Assembly (NCBI GenBank): GCA_965243025.1
Contig: CBDETY010000003.1
Coordinates: forward strand, 992,001-1,056,000
Origin: Candidatus Latescibacterota bacterium
Lineage (GTDB): Bacteria > Latescibacterota > UBA2968 > UBA8231
DNA length: 64,000 nucleotides
Reading direction: 5' to 3'
This document shows positions 41,640 through 51,243 of the stretch, piece after piece. The stretch's first letter is position 1; the number at the start of each line of letters is the position of its first letter. Under the pieces are notes generated by a model. It saw only the letters and a program-made list of their open reading frames with translations, was not told where the DNA came from and searched no databases. The translations under genes and the position numbers were made by a program.

Positions 41640-41903
41640 TGGCACCTGAGCAGGGACCCGAGGGAGCGAAAAAGCCCTCGAGAGGGCCCCTGGCCGGCGA
41701 CACCTTCCCTGTCCTGCCTGATTCCTGACGCCCGGGCGGAGTTCCTGCCGGAGAAGGATCCCTTCGATCTCAGGAACGACAACGGGAAGGGGTGGAAAAA
41801 CGTATTCCGAGGCCCGAACGGCACCGGGTCGCCCCCGTGCCCCGAGATCATACCGCCTATGTCTACGCGCGACCGAGACGGCGACGGGTGGGTCTGTGAG
41901 TGA
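41640..41903 (+). pseudogene. Decayed 3' part of the HNH-Excalibur gene
   Basis: 41643-41730 repeats 35708-35795; then D..DL.NDNG.G...APV..H.AY..RDRDGDGWVCE* (Excalibur DxDxDGxxCE). Confidence 0.7.
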
Positions 41904-42049
41904 ATGGAAATCCCCTTGGCGGCGGTGGGGGCGGAGCAGAAAACGGGGATTCGGTGGGATGCCGTCCTTCGGATCGCGGAAAGCGTGCAGTTCCAGATCC
42001 TGCGAAGAGGGGAGTAAACGCCCTTCTACAATAGTCATACCCGATTTTT

Positions 42050-42400
42050 TCTGAATTCGCGCTTCTTTTCAGGCACTCCACCGGTCCGCAGTTAGCAGGA
42101 CTTTTAGCCGGTCGATCTCCCCGCCGTTCCGCGGTCCTCTTTGCCCACGGGCACCGTTGGTCCTCGGTCCCCTGCAGCCTGTCGGGGGAGCTTCCGGCGC
42201 GGACTCGATGTCCAGGGGAGTGCCGTCGCCCCGGTGGCTTCCTCCGGCTTTCCGGATGAGGTGTCCCTTCCGTCTCCATGTCGGGTTCGGTCTCCTTGGC
42301 CTGCCCCTCGCGCTTCGAAGGGACAGGGGCGGAGCCTTCAAGGGGCCTGATCCATGGAGGTAAATTGCCCAAGTTGGGTAAAATCAAAGCTCTTTGCGGT
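42050..42400 (-). pseudogene. Decayed inverted copy of the DUF3102-like gene
   Basis: Reverse complement contains TTGAAGGCT..TTCGAAGCGC, GGCGACGGCACTCC and GAGTCCGCGC in the same order as 44368-44520. Confidence 0.65.
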
Positions 42401-42514
42401 CTGGATTCATCGATCCGCCACGCTCCGGGGTGATGCCCTCGGACACGGTGGCGTTCCCTTGCGGAAACAGGTCAGACCGATCCCGGACAAGGTCTCCCCA
42501 GGAGACGGAAACAA

Positions 42515-42600
42515 GGCCTGAGCATGGACCCGAGGGAGCGGAAGGCACTTGAGATGGCCCTGGCCCGCGGCACCCTCCCTGTCCTTCCTGATTCCCTGGA
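42515..42600 (+). repeat. Third copy of the ~85-bp HNH 3' segment
   Basis: GGCCTGAGCATGGACCCGAGGGAGCGGAAGGCACTTGAGATGGCCCTGGCC..CTGTCCT..GATTCCCTGG. Confidence 0.7.
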
Positions 42601-42739
42601 GGTCCAAGCGAAAATGGAAACCGCCTTGGTGGCGGAGTAGGAAACCGGGATCCGGAACCGCTGAAACGGGCAGTGGCAGATCCTGCCGGGAAAGGGGATA
42701 AATCCTTTCCACTATCATGTTATACCAGATTTTTGGCGA

Positions 42740-43300
42740 AATCGCGCATTGATCGGGCTTTCCTCCGTCGCACCAGGCAGGCACTTGAGCCGATTTGTTT
42801 TTCCCGAGCGCAGCTCCGCGATCCTCTTTTTCTTGCCCAGGGAACCGTTGATCTTCCGTCTTCTGCAGCCTGTGGGGGAGTTGAATCTTCCTGCACGGAC
42901 TCGGGGAAGCTGCGCATGGAACCGCCGTCGGTTTGACTTGCTGGACGGAAGAAAAGCCTCCCCTCGGTCTCAAATCTCGGGTTCGACCTTCCTGGCCGAC
43001 ACCTTGAGCTTCGGACGGGGCGGCATAACCTTCAACCCGATCCAATTTCCCACGTGGGAAAAATCCGCTGCTGTAAGATCTGCATCGGTAATCAGCAGGC
43101 CCTGTTTCTCGGGTGGTGCCGACGGCCTCGGCTCTTCTCGTCTTCGAGATAACCTGCCGCGTGCACCACCGCTGAGTATCGTAGGCCGCCCCTGCAGTCT
43201 CTGAGTTCGTCACGCCCATAGCTCGGTCTTTCCAGGCTCTTCGTTGGGCCGCTTCCCCGAGTTCGTTCCGCTCGGGCTCCCGACCTTTCCCCCCATAACC
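42740..43300 (-). pseudogene. Second decayed inverted copy of the DUF3102-like gene
   Basis: Reverse complement has CCGTCGGCA.CACCCG, GGAAGGTCGAACC, GGGGAGGC and GAGTCCG.GCAGGA.GATTCA, collinear with 44270-44530. Confidence 0.65.
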
Positions 43301-43439
43301 CTCAAAACCCGATCTCCTGCCCTCCCAAGGGCTTTGCGCAGGCGGGTTCTTTCAGGGCCCGCACCCACAGGCTGGATCCGCTTCCAGCGCACCTCGTCGC
43401 GCGACCTCCTGAAACCGGAAGAAGATCCAGCCTGCAACC

Positions 43440-43600
43440 GGGGGAATCCTCGGAAGCAGCCCGGATGTCTTCCGCAGGATCTCCTCGTCCGCGAGGCCTT
43501 TCCCATCGAGGAACAGGCATCACCAGATGGTATCCCTCAGCGCCACCTTGACGCTCCGTTCCTGAAATCTCCGGGGTAACGACGCGAAGTGTGTCTTCTC
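43440..43600 (-). pseudogene. IS256-like remnant (inverted relative to the 7.4/8.0 kb copies)
   Basis: Reverse complement CCTGTTCCTCGATGGGAAAGGCCTCGCGGACGAGGAGATCCT matches 7466-7507. Confidence 0.45.
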
Positions 43601-44039
43601 CGCCTCGATTCGGTTGACCCGAGACCTCCTCGCCTCCCCTGACCTGCCGCTTGCAGAAGCTAAAGTTTCCCGACGCCATTACGGGGTTTTGCCAATTCCT
43701 CTCAAGGTCCATTTGCTTTTTTAGTCCAGCCAGGTACAATAGAAGCATATGGATCGCCGGAGGCAGGCAGCATCTGCTGCCGCTTCCAAAGTCCCTTCTG
43801 TCGCTGACCCGCCGCCAGAGTCACCTTCCAACCGGGTTCCGTATGGGAGTCGGACCCGGAAAACATTCAAGGGGATGAGGATACCGAAGACGATGACCGA
43901 ATTTCGATTAAGGAGGATTAACTTATTGTAAATAAACATGTTGCAGTAATTTTCACCGCCGGTGAATACATCACATGACGAGAAAATCACAAGGAGAGGA
44001 ATCATCAAAGTGAAAACAAATCAAATACAGGAAACCACG

Positions 44040-44933
44040 ATGAAAACAGATCAACAGAAGGAACCCATGGAAAAGAAACCGGAAGTAACTTCGACGACCA
44101 ATACAGAAAGCGCCGGCCCGAACGAGGCTAAGGGTCGAGCTCTCAAGCGTTGGAAATCGTACAATCGATACGGCAGGAAAACCACCGTGGAAGGCTGGTA
44201 TTGCGGCGGAGACTTGGAGGAGGTTTTCCAGGGGCTTGGGCCCGGAGAGTGGGGAGATTGGCTTGAGTCCGTCGGCATCACCCGGAGCACGGCTGATCGG
44301 TTGAGACTGCTCTCAAGGAGCTATGATTTGGCCCAGGTTGAGGAATTTACCTCTGTGGACCAGGCTTTGAAGGCTTTGGCCGCCCGTTCGAAGCGCAAGA
44401 AGGCGCCCGGGAAGGTCGAACCGAAGGTGGAGACAAAGGGGGAGGCCTCATCCGTCGAGAAGGAGGAAGTCACCGGCGGCGACGGCACTCCGCGGCTTCC
44501 CGTCGAAGGCGAGTCCGCGCAGGAGATTCAGCAGCTCCGCGACAAGCTGCGCGAGGCCGAGGATCGACAGCGCAAGGCCGAGGATCGACAGCGCAAGGCC
44601 GAGGATAAACAGCGCGCGGCGGAGAAAGAGACCGCCGAACTGCGCGAGAAGCTGCGCGAAACCGAGGATGAACTGGGCGTTGCCCAGAAAAGGATCGCCG
44701 AGCTGCTCCAGAAAAACAAGCAGTCCAAACGCCAGCCTGAGGAAAAGGGGACTCCCAAGGAAACAACTTCAGTCGATCGGCAGCAGATATACCACCACGA
44801 CGCCTTTGCCGTACCCCGCGAACATCCGGAGTCGGACGGAGCAAGGACGACCGCAGCGCCTGTATCCGGGAAAACACCGACCCCTCAGCACCCCGAGACC
44901 GGGACCGCCCTACCGGTAAGTGAAGGCAAGTAG
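44040..44933 (+). CDS. DUF3102-like protein with coiled coil (AEDRQRK repeats)
   Basis: G..L......L.PGEWGDWLE..GIT.STA.RL.L pattern typical of DUF3102; 21-bp tandem repeats near 44555-44615; AT-rich upstream region. Confidence 0.65.
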   Translation: MKTDQQKEPMEKKPEVTSTTNTESAGPNEAKGRALKRWKSYNRYGRKTTVEGWYCGGDLEEVFQGLGPGEWGDWLESVGITRSTADRLRLLSRSYDLAQVEEFTSVDQALKALAARSKRKKAPGKVEPKVETKGEASSVEKEEVTGGDGTPRLPVEGESAQEIQQLRDKLREAEDRQRKAEDRQRKAEDKQRAAEKETAELREKLRETEDELGVAQKRIAELLQKNKQSKRQPEEKGTPKETTSVDRQQIYHHDAFAVPREHPESDGARTTAAPVSGKTPTPQHPETGTALPVSEGK

Positions 44934-44959
44934 GGCACGGCGCATTCCCGGTGGACCCA

Positions 44960-45800
44960 GGCTCTTCCCCCTCCCGATTGGCCTTCTGCGGTCGGGCCAG
45001 GCACCGGCAGTTCAGGAGCCCTGCGCGCCTTCGCATCAAGGATTCCTGCACGTCCCCTGGAGCCGGACCTCCGAGGTCGATGGGGAACGGCCAATCCAAC
45101 ACCTCCTGCCTGAAGCGGTCCCATGCTTTCCGAGAGCAGACGTGAGAATCCATCCTCGAAGGCATGGGTCCCTTCCTGCAGGTACTGATTTGCCCGGCCT
45201 GTCCTCAAGTCAATCGGAATGCCGGTGTGGACCCGTCCAAGGCGCGGTCCCGTCATTCAGCTCCCTGAATGCCCGCATCGACCCCTCGGTGGCCCTCTCC
45301 GGGGCCTGCAAGGGGGTCGTCCTGGAAAACGCGGAATCACCTTCCAACGGGACCGGCACCTGTTTTTCATCGGCCGGATCGTCCGCCTCTCCCCTGAAAG
45401 ACCCGACCGGGATCAGCGGAGCGTCGGTCCGGCAGCCCCGGCGGTTCCTCTGCCCGGTTGCCAGGACCAATCCGGCTCGATGACCCCTTCGCAATCCATT
45501 CTGAGGGTCCTGTGGTCTTTTCGAGCCGGCGGCGGTCAAAGAGGTTCCCGGCGGTTCACCGGACAACCTCGGCCCCTGCCGCATCGACGGGGACCCCGTC
45601 GATTCACCCCTGGCAGACGGCACGATTCCTGCTCCGGTCATCCAGATGAAGTGCGGGACCCGGGTCTTCATCGCCGGGGCCTCAAGGCCCCCTTGAGGGT
45701 TCCTGGTGCTCTATTTCCAGAACCAATCCGGTTGGGGTGACGCCTTCGCAATCCGCCAGGTCCGGCCTCCACGACAGCTGGGGCTCCGGCCCTGACGTTG
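44960..45800 (-). pseudogene. Heavily decayed, internally duplicated sequence, possibly IS110 transposase debris
   Basis: Internal repeat 45460-45500 vs 45718-45755; faint GLVLE/GLVLATG and LMRRRA.LL echoes. Confidence 0.2.
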
Positions 45801-46163
45801 CTTCTACTCGCTGGAGTTTTTTCGCCGAAGGTGCTGGTTTTGAAAAGGGGAAGAGGGTATCGGACAACGCACCAGCGATAATATCCCTAAGGGTACGAAT
45901 GAGGTATACCGGGATCGGATAGAACAACCCGTTTGGTCGCTTGGCAGGGGGGCTTCATGTTTCCAAAGATCATTTGGCGTAACCCCATTGATTACAGGAA
46001 GTTATAGACAAAAAAAGGCGGCCGGTCAGACCACGACGAGGTGGATCCCCCTCCTCCAGTTCAGCCAAATTCTGGAAATTTTTTCCAGTGTCTTGTATTA
46101 AATAAATATATACCCGGACCTTAATTTATCTGTAATTCCCTTAAATTACCCTTGCTTTTTTTT

Positions 46164-46176
46164 GTATATAATTCCC
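46164..46176. repeat. Candidate IS1595-family terminal inverted repeat end
   Basis: GTATATAATTCCC directly abuts a WD40 gene that begins mid-repeat; degenerate echoes at 46104-46151. Confidence 0.45.
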
Positions 46177-48050
46177 CCAACATCAAACTGTGGAACGTGG
46201 CGAACCAAAGCCTTATCACTACCCTTCCCGGACATACGGGTGGGCCTACTGGGATCCATTCTCTTGCGTTTTCGCCCAGCGGGGACACCCTCGCTTCAGG
46301 CTCGGGGGATCAGACGATCAAGCTGTGGGATGTGGGGAACCAGTCCCTTATCGCCACCCTCACCGGGCATACGGGTCATGTCTTCTCGGTGGCCTTCTCG
46401 CCCGACGGGACGCTCGCTTCGGGATCGCGGGACGGCACGGTCAAGCTGTGGGACGCGGCATCGCAAACCAACACCGCCACCCTGGAGGGGAATACCGGCC
46501 GGGTCCTCGACGTGGCGTTTTCCCCCGACGGGACCATCCTCGCCTCGAGCACGGACGACGGGATGCTGTTGTGGGACGTGGCGGCAAAAAATACCATCGC
46601 CACCCTCCAGGGGCATGGAGAGGCCTCGTTTTCCCCGGACGGGACCATACTTGCCTCCGGTGCAAGGCTGGGCGAGGTCCTGCTGTGGGACGTGGCGACG
46701 AAAGCAGTCACCGCAAAACTCGGGCATCCCGACCGGCTGGAGGACTCCTGGGGTTTCGGGATCAACGGGGTGTTTTCTCCGGACGGTTCCCTGCTCGCTT
46801 CAGTTGGGCTGGACGGGATCGAGCTGTGGGACGCGTCCGAGTGGACGGGAGTCTCTCCTGTCACCTCGGTGCCCGCCCACCCGGACAGCGTCGCGCTGGC
46901 TGCGCTGTACAATTCCACCAACGGGGCGGGTTGGCAGAGAAGGACGAACTGGCTCGGCAGCAGGCCCCTCGGCGAGTGGGAAGGCGTCTCAACCAACGGC
47001 CTCGACCGCGTCAACGACCTGAGCCTCAGTTGGAACCGGTTGAGCGGGACGATACCGGCTGAGATAGGAGATCTCACCTTCCTGTCCTCCCTGTATCTCC
47101 ATGTCAACCAGTTGAGCGGCTCGATCCCTCCCGAGCTGGGCAACCTCTCGAATCTGATTTACCTGGAACTCTACAGTAACCGCTTGAGCGGACAGATTCC
47201 CTCGGAACTGGGCAATCTGTCCAGGCTGGAAGGACTGTGGCTCCATAGAAACCAGTTGAGCGGGTCCATACCGCCGGAGTTGGGGGACCTGACCAACCTG
47301 ACGAGCCTGGGTCTCTCCAACAACCAGCTGACCGGGTCCATACCGGCGGAGTTGGGAAACCTGACCAACCTGACGGGCCTGGGTCTCTCCAGCAACCAGC
47401 TGACAGGATCCATACCGGCGGAACTGGAGAACCTGACCAACCTGACTCGCCTGTACCTCGCCGGAAACCAGTTGACCGGGTGCATCCCCGCGGGCCTGCG
47501 GGACGTGGCGACCAACGACCTGGACCAGCTCGGTCTGTCCGACTGCGGTCAGGAGCAAACGCAAGCTTCGACGGATTTCAACGGCGACGGCAAGACCGAT
47601 TTCGTCGACTTCTTCCAGTTCGTCGACGCCTTCGGCAGCTCCGACGCCCGGTTTGACCTCAACGGCGACGGCAAGGTCGACTTCGTCGATTTCTTCCAGT
47701 TCGTCGACGCCTTCGGCTCGTCGGGGCAGGCCAAGCTGGTGGCCCTTGCCCAGGAGATGCTCGGTCTGCCGACGGTGCCCGAGTTGCAGCAGAACACCCC
47801 TAATCCCTTCAACAGCGAGACCGTAATCTCCTGGTTCCTGGCGAAGCCGGGTCCGGCGCGACTGGAGGTGTTCGCCCTTACCGGGCAGCGGCTGACGGTT
47901 CTTCACCAGGGGCCGCTGCAGGCCGGGTACCACCGCCTGCGCTGGGACGCCCGCGACGACGAAGGCCGGCCATTGGCCAGCGGGGTTTACCTCTACCGGC
48001 TGATGACGGCCGATGCCGTGGTGACCCACAAACTCACCTTGTTACGCTAA
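46177..48050 (+). pseudogene. 5'-truncated WD40-LRR-EF-hand-FlgD/T9SS-like CTD gene
   Basis: Starts mid-repeat (IKLWNV) with no signal peptide; WD40 repeats, LRR cap and LRRs, DFNGDG pair, NTPNPFN..LASGVYLYRL..KLTLLR. Confidence 0.8.
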
Positions 48051-48161
48051 GCCGTTCCTGGCGGAACAAGTCCAAAGCGAACCCCAAAATGCTTTGTAAT
48101 TCGGGCAGCTACACACAAACATAACAGCAGTCAACCCACCTGAAAGGATGAAGAGAACGTT

Positions 48162-48581
48162 ATGAAAAAGTTCGCTGCACTTTTTTTAGTCGCCGCCCTG
48201 GCGGCATGCGGAAAAGATGAGCCTGCCGGCTCCTCCCGGGACAACCCCCTCATTGGCACCTGGGAGATAACCGACGATGCTGGAACCGGGGGCACCGTGC
48301 GTCTGACCCTCCGGACGGATGGCACCTTTGAACTATTCATCGAGGCCTTCGGCTCGTCCATCACGACAACCGGAACTTATCAAGTCAACGGCGACAGGCT
48401 TCGGCTGGCCCCGGAGAAATCTACCATGGTCGACGAGGACGGTAACAAGCTGGAATTCACGTCGGAAGAAGAGCTTGCCGATGCCAGTCTGAATGGCACC
48501 TACGTCATCGAAGGTGACACCCTGTTCATCACTTTAACGGAGGACGGGGAGGAAATCGTCGTGGTATACCGCCGCATTTGA
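48162..48581 (+). CDS. Lipocalin-like lipoprotein
   Basis: Lipobox LAAC-GKDEP; NPLIGTWE, L.L..DGTF, GTY.V.GD.L. Confidence 0.75.
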   Translation: MKKFAALFLVAALAACGKDEPAGSSRDNPLIGTWEITDDAGTGGTVRLTLRTDGTFELFIEAFGSSITTTGTYQVNGDRLRLAPEKSTMVDEDGNKLEFTSEEELADASLNGTYVIEGDTLFITLTEDGEEIVVVYRRI

Positions 48582-48799
48582 TGCAGCAGCATCCAAAACA
48601 GAGGAGAGGGCTCGTGAATGGGAAGCTCTTACGCCTACAATATGCCGACCAACGGCGCCACAACGGACCCCAACGTCCCCGGGGCGCTCAGCTACGAGCT
48701 GGCCTGACCGATGGCACTCAGTACGACGTGCCGGTGGGAGCCGTCAACGGCGCCTGCGAAGGTTCTGGTCGGCAAATGCCATTGGAACAACCACGCAAG

Positions 48800-48940
48800 C
48801 GACCCGGCACAAGCCACGACCGATTTTAACGGGATGCCTTCGACCAGTCGGGGCAGGCCAAGCTGCTGGCACTTGCCCAGGAGTTGATCGGCCTGCCTTC
48901 CGAAACCGAATTGCAGCAGAATTGGCCCAACCCATTCACC
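48800..48940 (+). pseudogene. Remnant of the EF-hand/CTD module
   Basis: TTDFNG, SGQAKLLALAQELIGLPSETELQQNWPNPF; paralogous to 47570-47810. Confidence 0.7.
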
Positions 48941-49060
48941 AGATCCAGGCCGGGATTTCACGACCGAATGCCCCAGGATGTTTTTCAACAACGGACATTC
49001 TCTGACCGATTGGAACTTAAGTTCCGCGGACTTTCACCCCATTCCCAAAGGAGGGATGCC

Positions 49061-49293
49061 ATGAAGAAAATACTGATCGTCCTACTGCCACCGTGGCTAT
49101 CACCATAGGCGTAGGCTGTGATAGCGGCGAAGACTGTGATAGCGGGGGAGACTCCAATCCAACGTCGAGCTGCGGATCGGGCGGGTCGGACGGCGCGCAG
49201 CTCGGCAGCGGGTCCGACAGTGGCGGGTCTGACAGCGGTGGGTCTGACAGCGGCGGTTCAGGCGGCGGCGGGTCGGGCGGCGGGTCGTCCTGA
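49061..49293 (+). pseudogene. Gly/Ser/Asp-rich small lipoprotein, frameshifted in its signal peptide
   Basis: AAGGAGG RBS; MKKILIVLL|TVAITIGVGC-DSGEDCDSGG..(SDSGG)x3..GGGSS*. Confidence 0.55.
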
Positions 49294-49356
49294 TATCTGC
49301 ACTCGGACGGACCTAACACCGTCAAGCAAAGCAAAGCCCAGATACGGGGAGCCAGG

Positions 49357-50431
49357 ATGACGCGGGCAGCCAAAAACCAACCGACCGTGGGGGGCAATAG
49401 CAGCCAGCAGTACCTGCAACAGTATTCTCGAATGGTTTTACTCATTCTCGTACTTGCAGCTATCTCGACGCCTTCTGCTGCTCAACCAGACTCATCGAAA
49501 ACGCGACAACAAGAAATCAACCTTAAACGCTTGGGCTATGTAGGTGTCGGTTCTGCTGGTTTGCATTGGGCCGACTTCCGGTATCTGAAAATCATTTGGT
49601 TGCAAGGGGGAACAAGTTTCTCTCCGTTTCATTCACGATCGGGCTGGGGATACCTATCTCAATTTGGATCACGCCAGTCATTTCATGTGGGGGCTCTTTC
49701 TTGCACAAAGCACAACCGATCTTTATGCCTGGACAGGTTTTCCTCCACGCACCGCAGCTCTGCTCGGTTCTCTCAGCAGCATAGCTGATATGTTTTTTAT
49801 CGAGTACCGCGACGGACGTTATGGTCATTGGGGTTTCAGCATTCCGGATGCCACGGGAGATGTGCTCGGGGCCCTGGTTCCCCTGATCCACGAAAATATC
49901 CCGGCGACTCAAATGGTCCAATTCAAACTCAGCTATTTCCCCTCTCCGCTCTATCGCTATGGAAGCGTACGCCAAGCTAGTGGGCGTTCTAATGCCCCTT
50001 CGTTCATGGACGACTACGATGGGATGACGTTCTGGATCGTCATTAACCCCAAGCCTCTTCTACCGAAGCATGCCGCCGAGCGCTGGCCCGATTGGTTAGG
50101 AGTGGCTGTAGGAACCGGGGTGCAGGGACTGCACGGTTATGGCCGAAAAAGCCGCGCTCCCGACCGCTGGTATCCCGATTTGCCGGATGCGCAGCGCGAA
50201 ATCTACCTCTCGCTGGACTTCGACTTCGCACATCCGTTGGGCAATTTCGAGGTGCTGCGCAAATTTTCCCCCTACTTCCGTCTCCTCCGTTTCCCTACCC
50301 CCGCCCTTCGCATCCACCCCACGCGGACCTTTTTCTTTTTTTATTTTTTACCGCCAATACTTTCCATTACGGTGTGGTATCACTTCAGTAGCTGCAGATG
50401 CCACCCAAAGTTGTGCGTCGGAATGCTTTAA
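49357..50431 (+). pseudogene. DUF2279/YfiM-like protein, frameshifted
   Basis: Signal-like segment; (D)HASHF, IE..DG...WGFS..D...D.LG, KLSYFPS, DDY.G.TFW, WP.WL.VAVG, REIYLSLD.D..FPTPA; frame break near 49660. Confidence 0.65.
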
Positions 50432-50759
50432 CCGATGGACAGAAGATCGCCTATCGAGAGCAATTCCCGACAAATACGGTTTGAGATGATCCTGGGGTTA
50501 CCGCGGCGTGGAATGATACTTTAGAAACGGAGCTTTGGATTTCGCCGCTGGAGCGCTGTTTGTTCCGGCCGTTTTGCTGAGGGTGTCGGCCAGCACCTTC
50601 CACGGGGCGATCTGACCCTGCGACGAATGCCCGTCGATCCCGCCCCCGCACCACAGTTGACAGACGAGCCGCCTGTTGAATCAGTCGCCGGACGGAACCG
50701 GTCCGAAACCCGGCAAATTAACGAGGCAACTCCAAATCGTTGGTGCGCAGATTGCGCCG

Positions 50760-50950
50760 CAGACGCTTGTGGTTGACGCGCTCCGACGGACCGTCGTTCA
50801 GTGCTGCACGAGCGGGCCGGGAAGGCGGGCGTTCACCTCGTGCACTGGGACGGCGGGACGACGGGGGCCGCGCAATGGCCAGCGGGGTGTACCTGTACCG
50901 GCTGGTCACAACCGATAACGTACAGACGCGCAAGCTCACCCTGCTTCGGT
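50760..50950 (+). pseudogene. Remnant FlgD/T9SS-like CTD
   Basis: AGVHLVHWDG|RDDGGRAMASGVYLYRLVTTDNVQTRKLTLLR, near-identical to the end of 8805-14051. Confidence 0.75.
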
Positions 50951-51243
50951 CAGGCGAGGCCAAGTTGCAACAGGGTTCAGAACGCCCCTCTGCGCCCGCT
51001 GGCGGGAGGAAAGCGCCGGTCTTCAACGAATACAAGCGAGGGCTACCGCCATCGGGTTCCCAAGGCGTGGGGGGCGGGTGATCGCAAGGCGTTCGGGGAG
51101 TTTGCCGCTGCTCTGGTTGCACGTTACCCCGGTGGGCGGTTGGGAAGGGTACTGCCCTTTGCCCGTCGAGGTGGTACCGGCCGAAGGCAAGACTGTCCGT
51201 AAGGGGGTGTTCCCCCGGGAAATATGGCCCTTCGCCAAGGGTA

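Larger units (their letters stand above)
31460..46176. mobile_element. Cryptic composite mobile element (IS1595-associated, phage/ICE early-gene-like cargo); left boundary uncertain
   Basis: Clustered IS1595 transposase, RadC, SWIB x2, DUF3560, Ku, XRE, DUF3102-like gene and group II intron; the right side ends in GTATATAATTCCC directly abutting a 5'-truncated gene. Confidence 0.6.

Noticed and set aside
44555-44615. 21-bp tandem repeats as iterons
   Set aside because: In-frame AEDRQRK heptads within a coiled coil
31460-46176. Intact prophage or conjugative ICE
   Set aside because: No terminase, capsid, tail, integrase, relaxase or T4SS genes are visible
48800-50950. One CTD split in two by the DUF2279 cassette
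   Set aside because: The 50.7-kb relic seems to retain traces of its own upstream part, so two separate relics are equally plausible
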